A stretch of DNA of 64,000 bases. It comes from Malacoraja senta (Eukaryota). The notes under the pieces were generated by a model, which was not told where the DNA came from, ran no database searches, and saw nothing but the letters and a program-made list of their open reading frames with translations. Below, in pieces: positions 1 to 12,226 of the stretch; the stretch's first letter is position 1, and each line of letters starts with the position of its first letter. Both the position numbers and the translations under genes were made by a program. The DNA lies in the NCBI GenBank assembly GCA_038087875.1, contig CM075997.1, positions 4,032,001 through 4,096,000 of the forward strand, in the 5' to 3' direction.

Positions 1-1087
1 TCTAGACACAATATTCTGGCTGATGAAGGCCTATGTGCCAAAAGCCTTTGACCACCCGAAGTTGCCAATGAAAGCAGTGCATAGACAATTATACGCCAAC
101 TGGGGTAGCCAAGTTGGTGAGTCTAATGGAGAAATGCAGAAAAGAATTACGAGGATGTTGACTCTATGAAATGAATTGTATTTCCACTGAACAATAGGTG
201 CAGGAGTAGGCCATTTGGCCCTTCGAGCCAGCACCGCCATTCAATGTGATCATGGCTGATCATCCCCAATCAGTACCCCGTTCCTGCCTTCTCCCCATAT
301 CCCGACTCCGCTATTTTTAAGTCCTATATAGCTCTCTCTTTGAAAGCATCCAGAGAACCTGCCTCCACCACCCTCTGAGGCAGTGAATTCCACAGACTCA
401 CCACTCTCTGTGAGAAAAAGTGTTTCCTCGTCTCCGTTCTAAATGGCTTACTCCTTATTCTTAACCTGTGTCCCCTGGTTCTGGGTTCACTAACAAGTCT
501 AGAAATGGGGATCAAAGTTTAAAAAATAAATAAATGCTGGGCTTTTAGGACTAAAAAGTGGAGACATTTACTCACTCTGGTATATCAGAGTGGATTTGAG
601 GAATTCTCTACCTGGGAGAACTCCACATGGTGATTGCATTCAAAGCACGGAGGTACAGATTTCTGGATATTAGAGGTCAAAAGATAACAATTAGGCAGGA
701 AAATGCCCTCTGAGGAAGACCAGCCCCGTTTTTAAAGTCAATTTCCTACTTGTTTTTATTCAGCCCACAAAATATACTAAATTATTCAATGGGTGATGAA
801 GTACATCAAGTGTTGCTTTGTTAGGTATTTGCAGTACAGGTGACTGATACAGGTGTTTTTCCACACAATGTGGTGATGACCACATAACCCAGAATTTTGC
901 TTTTAGTAACTTTGAATGAAGGGCAAGTATCAACCTTGACACACCTGGAACAATTCACCTGCTTAGATCCTGTTCAAAAGATTCTTTAGCAGAACGTCAA
1001 CTAGAAAGAGATGCATCTGCTAATATATTTTAAAAAACTGGGAAAGTTATATATTGTTCACCTTGGGACAGGAAGGGCTAATCCAAT

Positions 1088-1230
1088 GTAGACAAAAGTG
1101 CTGGAGAAACTCAGCGGGTGCAGCAGCACGAAGGAAGTAGGCAACGTTTCGGCCCAAAACGTTGCCTACTTCCTTCGCTCCATAGATGCTGCTGCACCCG
1201 CTGAGTTTCTCCAGCACTTTTGACTACCTT
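1088..1230. mobile_element. Palindromic (inverted-pair) Penelope-terminal insertion with 15-bp TSD
   Basis: AAGGGCTAATCCAAT at 1073-1087 and 1231-1245; the two halves of the insert are near reverse complements. Confidence 0.75.
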
Positions 1231-1831
1231 AAGGGCTAATCCAATAGTTTAAGATGGTTATAATGGGCTGTGTGGATAAAATCAATGACCTGTGCAAAAT
1301 GGGACATCAAAAACAAGGGGGGGGGAAGAGAAATAAACTGCTGGAGCAACTAGGGACCATCATTGGAAGGAAACGGACAGGCGACGTTTCTGGTCTGGCC
1401 CCTTCTTCAAGACAAAAATGAGAGTTGATCGAAGTGAATCAGGGGGGGTTGTTTTCAACCTGGAATTGTTATAAACATACCTGATGAAGTAGATTCCAGA
1501 AACAAGAGGGACCGACATGTGAAGAATGTAAAGAATTACAAGTGCCTGCGGGGGGGGGGGGTTGCGATGTGACAGAAAGTAGAACAAATTCTCCTCCAAG
1601 AAGCTAAGTCAAGCACAGCTGTAAAGTTTACTCGATTCTAGGAAAACAGTGGCTTGGATTCTTGTTGGGTGGGGGGGGGTTTCGCACACACACACACACA
1701 CATCTAGGTTCGGCTCGAATCTTGAGTGTTGGTGAGCTGTAGTGGGACGTCCTGCAGCACGAAGTGTGTGTGTGTGTGTGTTGGTGCCCAGGGTGGCCCT
1801 GGCCCCAGTAGCAAGGCCATCTGATGGAGGA

Positions 1832-2200
1832 TTAAGACCTGGCCGGGTTTAACTCGGGATACGACCGAGCTCCATTCCCCTGCAGTTTCTGGATCATCCG
1901 CTCCAGGAGGCACCGGTTGGGCCCCTTGAACTGGAAGACCTTGGAGCCGTTCTTGTAGAACTGGAAGGTGGGGAACCACTCGATGCGGCAGCGCTGCACC
2001 ACCTCCTTGGCCACGTTGATGTCCACCTCGTAGAAGGCCACGTCCGGGTAGCACTCGGCGAACTCGTCCAGGTACAGGCGGATCATCTGGCAGAACTCGC
2101 ACCAGCTGGTGGAGAAGAGCAGGACGACCAGCTGCTGGTCGCTGACCCGCAGCGCCAACTCGTAGTCCGCTGCGCTGCTGATGCACGACGGTCTGCTCAT
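1832..2200 (-). CDS. Intronless thioredoxin-fold protein (122 aa) with non-canonical WCEFC active site
   Basis: ORF from ATG at 2200 (context cagcaccATG): MSRPSCISSAADYELAL...LVVLLFSTSWCEFCQMI...YPDVAFYEVDINVAKEVVQRCRIEWFPTFQFYKNGSKVFQFKGPN. It matches the thioredoxin pattern (WCxxC, cis-Pro xxPTF, F.KNG.KV..F.G.N) and has GC-rich third codon positions. Candidate AATAAA on - strand at 755-760. Confidence 0.85.
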   Translation of the reverse strand: MSRPSCISSAADYELALRVSDQQLVVLLFSTSWCEFCQMIRLYLDEFAECYPDVAFYEVDINVAKEVVQRCRIEWFPTFQFYKNGSKVFQFKGPNRCLLERMIQKLQGNGARSYPELNPARS

Positions 2201-2759
2201 GGTGCTGTCCCCGCGCCGACTGAGTGAGGCGAGTCCCGAGGCTCCGCGTCCCCCCCCCCCTGACGGGACTAGGCCCCGGCCCCGCCCCCTCCCCCTCACG
2301 CACTGACGTCAGCCGACGTGACACAGAGCCCCTTCCCGCAACGCCATTGGCCAGCCGTCCACGGGCGCCCCGCCCCCCCCGTACAACCAATCAAATCGGG
2401 CCTCTTTGGCTATCATAGCAACCAGTGTTAAAAATATAAAATGGCGTCGGTTTATCACCTATTGCCTCACGCTTCGCCATTAGCGCCTAATAAAACATTG
2501 GTTGGAGTCGGTGCATTCATCTGGACAGCCCTCAGAGTGTTTTATTTGTGTTAAGGGCTGTTTTTGGGCTCGCCAAACACACACACACACAGGGTACTGC
2601 GGTGATTGGTTCATCCGGCTGTCAATCGCGGAGGTCCCGCCCGGGTTTGTTGATTGGCGGCCGGGCGGGCCAATCAGAGTTGTGTTGGCGGTGCTCCCGT
2701 TGGGTGGGGCGCCAATGGGAGGGTGAGGGGTGGGCGGGTGCTTCCGGTCGGCGGGTGGA

Positions 2760-3009
2760 CTGGGGTTCGTTGGCCCGGAGCGGCGGCGGCTGGAGCTGGA
2801 GCTGGAGCTGGAGCTGAGGGAAAACAACAAGAGCAGCGGCGGCTGGGGCTCGGGCTGGGGCTGGGGCTGGGGCTGAGGCTGAGGCGCCGGTCACCGCACA
2901 ACACACACACAGAACTCGATGGCGACCAGGCGGCGGCGGCGATGATGATGATCGCAGCGCTGGAAAAAAAAAGCCCGTGTCACACAGTCGCTCGAAACTA
3001 ACTCAGCAG
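2760..3009 (+). other. Putative non-coding first exon of the SERTAD gene (5' boundary approximate)
   Basis: Consensus donor CAG|GTAAGT at 3009/3010 at the edge of the CpG island. The coding exon at 12221 has an acceptor only 6 nt before its ATG and so needs an upstream exon, as in mammalian SERTAD genes. Confidence 0.55.
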
Positions 3010-3305
3010 GTAAGTAGCGGCCGCGGGAGTGTGTGTGTGTGGGGGGGGGGTGTGTGGGGAGGAGGGGGGGGTTATTAGTTTTTTTATTTTTATTTTTTAA
3101 TTCTGTTGCGTTGCGCTGCTACGAACGGCGGCGCTCGGCTGTAACCGAGCGGGCAGCCCGGTGATCCAGGCGGCGCTGGAGCCACTGTACGCGGGCAGCG
3201 AGCGAGCGAGCGGTTGTTGGTTCCCGGCCCCCCCCCCCGAGTTTGATCGGGGAGGTGTCAGAGGAGCTGGGGGCTGCCCTCTACTGCGCATGTCCAACCG
3301 CGCAA

Positions 3306-3326
3306 TGCAGGATGGGACTTGTAGTC
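3306..3326 (-). promoter_or_regulatory. ZNF143/THAP11 (SBS) motif with adjacent NRF1-like site
   Basis: Reverse complement reads GACTACAAGTCCCATCCTGCA (ACTACAnnTCCCA consensus); TGCGCATG at ~3285. Confidence 0.55.
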
Positions 3327-5674
3327 CATAACAACTTACACTGAAGATGGACACAGAGGAACTGCAGTTCAGAGGGAGAAGGAGTGTCTGAAGAAGGGTC
3401 TCGACCCGAAACGCTGCCTCACCCGCTGAGTTTCTCCAGCATTTTTGTCTACCTTCGACACAAAATGCTGCAGTTAACTCAGCGGGACAGGCAGCATCTC
3501 TGGAGTGAAGGAAGGGGTGACGTTTCAGGTCATAGAAACATGGAAAATAGGTGCAGGAGGAGGCCATTCGGCCCTTCGAGCCAGCACCGCCATTCATTGC
3601 AACCATAGATACATAGAAAATAGGTGCAGGAGTAGGCCATTCGGCCCTTCGAGCCTGCACCGCCATTCAATATGATCATGGCTGATCATCCAACTCAGTA
3701 TCCCGTACCTGCCTTCTCTCCATACCCCCTGATCCCTTTAGCCACAAGGGCCACACCTAACTCCCTCTTAAATATAGCCAATGAACTGGCCTCAACTACC
3801 CTCTGTGGCAGAGAGTTCCAGAGATTCACCACTCTCCATGGCTGATCGTCCTCTATCAATAACCCGTGCCTGCCTGGTCCCCATATCCTTTGATTCCACT
3901 AGCCCCTAGAGCTCTATCTAACTCTTAAATACATCCAGTGATTTGGCCTCCACTGCCCTCTGTGGCAGGGAATTCCACAAATTCACAACTCTCTGGGTGA
4001 AAAAGTTTTTTCTCACCGCAGTCTTAAATGGCCTCCCCTTTATTCTAAGACTGTGGCCCCTGGTTCTGGACTCGCCCAACACTGGGAACATTTTTCCTGC
4101 ATCTAGCTTGTCCAGTCCTTTCATAATTTTATATCTTTCTATAAGATCTCCCCTCATCCTTCTAAACTCCAGTGAATACAAGCCTAGTCTTTTCAATCTT
4201 TCCTCATATAACAGTCCCACCATCCCAGGGATCAATCTCATGAACCTACGCTGCTGCACTGCCTCAATCACAAGGATGTCCTTCCTCAAATTAGGAGACC
4301 AAAACTGTACGTAATACTCCAGATGTGGTCTTACCAGAGCCCTATACAACTGCAGAAGAACCTCTCTACTCCTATACTGAAATCGAGACCCTTCTTCAGA
4401 CTCAACTCCAGAACTTCCTTCTAAACTTTGAGAGGCACAAAAAGCTGGAGTCTTAGGAAGAGTCTTGACCCGAAACGTCACCTATTCCTTCTCTCCACAG
4501 ATGCTGCCTGTCCCGCTGAGTTACTCCAGCACTTTGTGTCTCTGCGTAGTTTAGGAAGTATGTGTAGGAAGGAACTGCAGATGCTGGTTTACACTGAAGA
4601 TAGACACAAAATGCTGTACTAACTCAGCTGGACAGGCATAGAGCTCTTAAAGAGAGTTAGATGAGAGCTCTTAAAGATAGCGGAGTCAGAGGATATGGGG
4701 AGAAGGCAGGAACGGGGTACTGATTGTGGATGATCAGCCATGATCACATTGAATGGCGGTGCTGGCTCGAAGGGCTGAATTGGCCTACTCCTGCACCTAT
4801 TGTCTATTGGCAGCATCGCTGGAGATAAGGAATGGGTGACGCTTCAGGTAGGGTCCCTTGTTCAGACTGAGTGGGGGGAGGAGGGTGTCTAGAGATATGG
4901 AAGGGTAAGGTGTGAAAACGACAGATCAAAGCAGGAAATGTAGAATGGATCATTGGCTGAGGGGAAGATGATAACGAGGCATACAAACAGTAAAATTTAA
5001 TCAAGAGGACAGTGAAACTAGTTGGAGAACTAGGGTGGGGGAGGGATGGAGAGAGAGGGAAAACAAGGGTTACTTAAATTAGAGAAGTCAATGTTCATAC
5101 CGCTGGGCTGTAAGCTACCCAAGCGAAACATGAGGTGCCGTTCCTCCAATTTGCGTCGGGCCTCACTCTGACAGGACAGAAAGGTCGGTGTGGGAATGTG
5201 AAGGATAGTTAAAGTGTTTGGCACCCGGGAGATCGCGTTGGCCGAGGCAGACGGAGAGAAGGCGTTCCGCTAAACGATCGCCCACATTTCGGAGTCCCAC
5301 TTTCAACGAAACGATCTAAACTTGGCAACGCTTTTCAAAGCGTGGAAAGGCTCTTTTAACATGGCTCGACCAGCAGATTATAAGATTATATTAACGGAGG
5401 GGGCACAAAAAGCTGGAGTAACTCAGCCGGTCAGGCAACGTTTTTGGAGAAAAAGGAATAGGTAACGTTTTATGTCGAGACCCATCAGACTGAGAGTCTG
5501 GGTAGAGGGAGACTACAGAAATGAAGAGAAACATTATCTAATCCTTTTCTCCAGAGATGCTGCCTGTCCCGCTGAGTTACTCCAGCATTTAGTTTCTATC
5601 TTGGGTTTAAACCAGCATCTGCAGTTGCTTCCTACACACTTGCAATTAGCAGCCTCCCGTCTCCCAGGTTTATG

Positions 5675-5770
5675 ACTACAGTTCCCAGGGTGCAGTGCGC
5701 GGCAGCAGAGAGGGGGGGAGGAGTCCGTCGTGCGCATGCACAGTGGGCGGGACTGAAGCTCCGCCCACGT
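5675..5770 (+). promoter_or_regulatory. Intronic promoter/enhancer-like cluster (SBS, NRF1-like, GC boxes)
   Basis: ACTACAGTTCCCAGGGTGCA 5675-5694, TGCGCATGCA 5731-5740, GGGCGGG ~5745, CCGCCC 5761. Confidence 0.5.
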
Positions 5771-8700
5771 CACAGGCTGGGTCTGCAGAGGGTTCAGCGA
5801 TGATGCATTGGAGGCAGCTGCTGGCGTGGGGGGAGGGGAGAGGCTGTGTCAGAGCTGGGCAAGAGTGCAGTTTGCAGGAGCTTGCAACGACACCAGCAGC
5901 TGCAGACCAGTTCAGCTGGGAGAAATCGATGCATCTTTCATTTTAAAGGATTGATCATACACCACTTTAAAAAAAACATAACAGTGGACTAACAGCGTGG
6001 ATTTATGCAAGTGAACCTGTTTAACCATGCAGTTATTGCAGAATTTTGAGCTTGTAGACAGAGTATCGCTGGAGATATGGAAGGGGTGATGTTTTGGGTT
6101 GAGAGCCTCGACCTGAAACATCACCCCTTCCTTCTCTCCAAATGTGCTGCCTGTCCCACAGAGTGACTCCAGCATTTAGTGTCTATCTTCGGTTTAAACC
6201 AGCATCTGCAGTTCCTTCCTACATAGAGTGTTTATAGATACAGTGCCTTCAGCCCACCAGGTCCGCACCGACCAGCGATCCCCGCACACTAAAACTATCC
6301 TACACACACGAGGGGAAATTTACAATTATATCAAGGCAATTAGCCTACAAAACTGCACATCTTTGGAGTGTGGGAGGAAATCGGAGATCCCGGAGAAAAC
6401 TCATACAGGTCAGAGAGTTACATTTAGCTCCTAGGGCTAAGGGAATCAAGGGATATGGGGGGAAAAAGCCAGAACAGGGTACTGATTTTGGATGATCAGC
6501 CATGATCACATTGAATGGCTCGAAGGGCCAAATGACCTACTCCTGCACCTATTTTCTATGTTTCTACGGGGAGAACGTACAGACAGCATCGATAGTCAGG
6601 ATTGAACCTGGATCTCTGACGCTGTAAGGCAACAACACTACAACTAGGCCACCGTGCGGCCCTAGAGTAGCTCAGCCGGTCAGGCAGCATCACTGGAGAA
6701 CATGGATAGGCGACGTTTCGGGAAGGGTCCCGACCCAAAACGTCACCTATGCATGTTCTCCTGAGATGCTGCCTGGCCCGCTGAGCTATTCCAGCATTCT
6801 GTGTCGTCTTTTGTAAATCAACGCCTGCAGCTCCTTGTTTCTAAGTAAACAAAGTTTATTATTTTACTTCTTTGAGCCGGTTTTCAGACGTTCACGGGGC
6901 CTCGAATGTCATGCAAGAGTCTGTGCTGGTGGATTAATTAGTGGAAGAAAGCCGTATGAATAGTGATGCAAGAAACAGCAGATGCTGGAACTTTGTGCAA
7001 AATACAAAATGCTGGAGCCACTCAACAGACAATGTTTTGGGTTGGGACCCATCTGGCTTATTGAAGTATGGGGGGGTAAGCTGGAGAAGAGAGTCCGGGG
7101 CAGGGCAAAGTGAGGCAAGTGACAGATGAGGGTGTTTTGATGGTGGGTGGGAGGAGTAGGTGAGAGGTGAAAAAGAAACAAAGGTGTGTAGGAAAGAACT
7201 GCAGATGCTGGTCTAAATGGAAGGTAGGCACAAAATGCTGGAGTAACTCAGCGGGACAGGCAGCATCTCTTGAGAGAAGGAGTGGGTGACGTTTCGGGTC
7301 GAAACCCTTCTTCAAACTGATGTCTGGGGAGTGGGAAGGACAGAGATAGAATGTATTCAGAGACAGTCAGACTGATGGGAGAACTGGGAAGGGGGAGGGG
7401 ATGGACAGAGAGGGAAAGCAAAAAGCTATTTGAAGTTACAGAAGTCAATGTTCAGACCCAAGCGAAATATGAGGTGCTGTTCCTCCAATTTGCGCTGGGC
7501 TTCACTCTGACAATGGAGGAGGCCCAGGACAGAAAGGTCAGATTGGGAATGGGAGGGAGAGTTAAAGTGCTGAGCCACCGGGAGATCAGGTAGGTTAAGG
7601 CGGACTGAGCGGAGGTATTCGGCGAAATGATCGCCAAGCCTGCGCTTGGTCTCGCCGATGTACAGGAGTCCACATCTGGAACAGTGGATACAGTTGGATA
7701 CAAAGAAACAATGGTGTCAGATAAGGAGAGAAAAGAGCTGGAGGGAGGGATGTGTGTAGAAATGGGGGTGAGAGATGAGTGACTAGGATGAGAGTGGGGC
7801 GGAGCATGGAAGGAAGGCTATGGGAATAATGTGTGAATACTATAACAGAGTAGGAGTAATCATATTTAGCTTGGTGGGTTGTGACTTGTGGGGTTCTAAG
7901 GCTCCAGGCATTCATGATCCTAATATGTTGAATGCTACCTGGCCATATGAGTGTTTCCTGCATTTTCATTTCAGATTTCCAGCATGACAGTTAAGATTAT
8001 CAAATAGTGCATCCAAGATGATTGAAAATTGTAACCAAGTGTGGAGTGGGAGAGAATGCCAAGGGGATTCTGTGACTATTGTGTAGGAAGGAATTGCAGA
8101 TGCTGGTTTAAACCAAAGATAGACACAAAAAGCTGGAGTAACTCAGCGGGACAGGCAGCATCTCTGGAGAGAAGAAATGGGTGACGTTTCGGGTCGAGAC
8201 TTGTGGGCGTCTCAGCCAAAAATGTCACCCATTTCTTCTCTCCAGAAATGCTGCCTGTACCCACTGAGTTACTACAGCATTTTGTGTCTATCTTTGATTC
8301 TGTGACTAGTGACAGCTTAAGTCAGCAGTGGGACACTGGAGAGGCCAAGTATTTAAAATGGCTTGAGATTGAAAGCTGTTGTTGTTTAGAGGGACCGGGG
8401 TTTCCTTAACTGTGAATCACTAAATCAGCATGCAGATACACATGCAATTGGGAAGGTATGTGTAGGAAAGAACTGCAGATGCTGCTTTACACCGATGATA
8501 GACGAAAAATGCTGGTACTCAGTGGGACAGGCAGCATCTCTGGATAGAAGGAATGGGTGACATTCCGGGTCGAGACCCTTAAAGCCCTGTCCCTTTCATT
8601 CCAAGAACTCTCCTGAGATAATTTTTAAAGAAAAACTCGTGGTAAGCACGGAGAATGAACGTAGCGGGTACGTCGGAGCTCGGGGACGTCTCTTAGCAGC

Positions 8701-9429
8701 TCGTAACGTGAACGGCAGGTACTCAGGAAAACTCGCTAACGGCAAGTAAGCTCAGGAAGACTCGTGAAGATTTTTCAACATGATGAAAAATGTGCATGAG
8801 AGCCCCGAGTACTGACGAGCGGCCATTACCGTAAATCTCCAAGTTCGAATCAGGGCAAACTCGGGAGAGTTCTTGGAATGAACTCGTACCGTGGGACAGT
8901 TGTTTTAATTGTACAAGAATAAGAGTTGCTGTGATCATTTAGGGCCTGTGAGAATACCTCTGGAAAATTGTGTGCAAATTATGGCTCCTTCCCCACAGAA
9001 AGAGTTACGCAGGAGAGGGATGCAGCATACCGTGCCGTCCCAGACCTCTGCTGGGACCTTCAGTTAAATCTCGCCTCGGTCATCTCTTCCAAAGACAGCA
9101 ATTGCCAGTGTAATCTTTGTAAATCTTTCTCCACTCCAATGCAGTTTCTTCCTCCTTTGTAATCTGATGAAAATAACTGAATACAATATTCAAGTTACAG
9201 CCCGACATGTTGTTTGCAGTTATTGTGTCATCTCCCTGCTCTTAATATTTTCTGTCTTTGGCAGCACAGACCATTGGACCATTACAGGGTCAATTGTGTA
9301 CATAAAGTTAACAGGATAAAATCAGGAAGAAGTGTGAGATTGGGCATTCTAATTTGTTTATTAGTGTAATGGGAACAATTCCTATTCTCTATTAGTGGCA
9401 AATTCCTCTGGAGAAATGGGATTGGAGAC

Positions 9430-9870
9430 TCTGTCTGTCTGTGCATGTGTGTGTCTGTTTGTGTGCGTCTGTGTGTGTCTGTGAGTGTGTGCGTCTGTTT
9501 GTGTGTGTATGTCTGAGTGTGCATCTGTTTGTGTGTGTCTGTGAGTGTGCATCTGTTTGTGTGTGCGTCTGTGTGTCTGAGTACGTCTGTTTGTGTCTGA
9601 GTGCGTCTGTTTGTGTGCGTGGGTGTCTGTGAGTGTGTGCGTCTGTGTGTGTGAGTGTGCATCTGTGTGTGTGTGTCTGAGTGCGTGCCTCTGTTTGTGT
9701 GTGTCTGAGTGTGTGCGTCTGTTTGTGTGTCAGTGAGTGTGTGCATCTGTTTGTGTGTGTCTGTGAGTGTGTGTGTGTCTGTGAGTGTGTGCGTCTGTGT
9801 GTGTGTCTGTGTTTGTGTGTGTGTGTGTCTGTGTGTGTGTGTGTGTGTGTGTGTCTGTGTTTGTGTGTCC
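9430..9870. repeat. Compound (TG/TC) microsatellite
   Basis: Degenerate GTGTGTCT/GTTTGT repeats. Confidence 0.95.
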
Positions 9871-12226
9871 ATGGCTCAGCAGCGAGTCCAAGTATCTTTC
9901 ATTGAGGAACAGTGGAATTGTTGGTGCCTTGGCCAATATTTATCTTGTGGCGATCATTGCTGAAGCAGGTTATCTGCTCTTTATCCGGCATTGTTTGTAG
10001 TGCGCAAGTTATTTCCAGCATCACAGAACATCTTTCTCAATCCTATTCCTATAGTCAGCACGCTTGAGGAAGGGAAGAAAAACGGGTGTTTGAAGGATAT
10101 TGTAGAAGAAGCTATTGCCTTGGTTATGAATTGGCTTCATTGGAATAGATTGGTCATTTAAGTTAGACACAAAATGCTGGAGTAACTCAGCAGGTCAGGC
10201 AGCATTTCTGGGGGAAATTGCATTTGGCAATTTCCAAGCGTGAAGGTTGCAAAAAACTAACAATTGTTAGATTTAAATCCAAAGTTGAAATCCCAAAATA
10301 CTGAGGATATTAGGAAATATGAGTCATGACCCGAAACATCACCTATTCCTTTCCTCCAGAGGTGCCGCCTGACCTGCTGAATTACTCCTGCACTTTGTAT
10401 CTATCTTCGTTGTACACCAGCATTTGCAGTTCCTTCCTACACTTTTCCACCCTTGCCTGAGTACAGCAGCAATGATTCAAAAGCTGCCGTGCCAATGGAG
10501 AGTTCTCCCTCGCCCCCTCCCATCAATGACTAACAAAGGACTAAAGGTCACAGTAGATACACCCAGCTGCCAGTACTTGTGTCAGTGCTCTACAAGATGT
10601 TAAGACCACATTTGGAAGAGTTTATACTATTATAAATATAGAATTATTATAGGAGGAATGCCATTAAACTGGAAATGGCACATTTAAAAAAAATTACCAT
10701 GGCGTTACTGTGTCTGGAGGGTTTAAGCTACAAGGAGAGACTGGACAGTGTGGGTCTTTTCTCCTGGAGCTTCGGAGGCTGAGGGGTGACCTTAGAGGTG
10801 TATAAAATCGCATGGATCATGGAAAAGGTGAGCAGCCACAGTCATTTCTGCAGAGTAGAGGAGTCAAAGAGTAGAGAGCGCAGGTTTAGCGTGAGGGGAG
10901 AGATTTAACTGGGACCTATTGGGCACCGTTTTCCCAACAGAGGTACATGGAATGAGTTGCTAGAGGACATGCTGGAAGCACATACAACCATGACATTTAA
11001 AAGACAGTTTGAAGGCAACATGGATATGAAAGGTACATTGGATATGAAAGGTTTGGATGGATATGGGTGGCTACAGACCAGTAGGCTTAGCTCAATTAAG
11101 TAGCTTGGTCAGCATGGGCCTGTTTTCTCTGTTTAGCATGGATATAAAGGTGTTGACTTGCACATCTTTTAAATTCCTCGTCCATTTTCTATTGGGCTGT
11201 ACAGGTTTTATGCATGTTTGATTTATGTCTTTTTGGAATTACGCGCTTGTTCCTTTCATACCATAGTTTGATTTTGTGCACATGTTTTTGGAATAACGCG
11301 CTCAAATTTACTGCTGGTAGCGTAGTCGCGTATAAATTTAATTGACGCGATTTTGAAACACACATTGCTTTTCAAGCACGTAACCCCCACGTAAAACGCG
11401 AGTCGCCTGTAGCTGCTGTTAAAGGTCAGTGGTGGTTTAGTTTAGAGACAGAGCGGGGAAATGGGCTCTTCGGCCCACCGGGTCCGCACCGACCAATGAG
11501 CACGATAGATATATGAGCTCTTTCGAACACACTCAGGGCAATTTACAGAAACTGATTTACCTACAAACTTACAAAGTGTGGGGGGGAACCGGAGCACCCG
11601 GAGAAAACCTATGCGGTATAGGTATGGTAACGTTTTGGGTCGATGCCCTTCTTCAGACTGTTGGATCCCTGGATTCCAGATCAGATCCCCCCTGGATTCC
11701 AGGGGGGATCTTATAGAAACTTATAAAATTCTTAAGGGGTTGGACAGGCTAGATGCAGGAAGATTGTTCCCGATGTTGGGGAAGTCCAGAACAAGGTGTC
11801 ACAGTTTAAGGATAAGGGGGAAGACTTTTAGGACCGAGATGAGAAAAAAAAATTCACACAGAGAGTGGTAAATCTGTGGAATTCTCTGCCACAGAAAGTA
11901 GTTGAGGCCAGTTCATTGGCTATATTTAAGAGGGAGTTAGATGTGGCCCTTGTGGCTAAAGGGATCAGGGGGTATGGAGAGAAGGCAGGTACAGGATACT
12001 CAGTTGGATGATCAACCATATTGAATGGCGGTGCAGGCTCGAAGGGCCGAATGGCCTACTCCTGCACCTATTTTCTATGTTTCTATAAGGTTTGGGCTGA
12101 ATGGTTTGAGAGTAAGTCTGGGTTAGCACTGGGGGAGGTTGAGGCGTGTTCCTGCTGCTGTGTGTGGTGTTGAGTAGGGTGCCAGCTACCTGAGTTGACG
12201 GTGTTCTCTTGCATCGGCAGGTCTCC

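Larger units (their letters stand above)
2200..3330. promoter_or_regulatory. CpG-island bidirectional promoter shared by the thioredoxin-like gene and the SERTAD gene
   Basis: High CpG density, GC boxes, full CRE TGACGTCA 2304-2311, several CCAAT/ATTGG boxes (2346, 2387, ~2605, ~2653, ~2670, ~2712), YY1-like AAAATGGCG 2438-2446, ETS-like CTTCCGG ~2741. Confidence 0.75.

Noticed and set aside
1704..2390. 228-aa ORF overlapping the thioredoxin gene, and the non-ATG extension of the thioredoxin ORF to 2299
   Set aside because: Shadow frame of GC-rich coding DNA. The extension runs through promoter GC boxes, and the ATG at 2200 has a good Kozak context.
9282..10000. Thr/His- and Cys/Val-rich ORFs
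   Set aside because: Translations of a TG microsatellite.
11230..11411. Tigger/pogo-like DNA transposon end (TA-CAGGCGACTCGCG on the minus strand)
   Set aside because: Only one terminus is visible; too weak to annotate.
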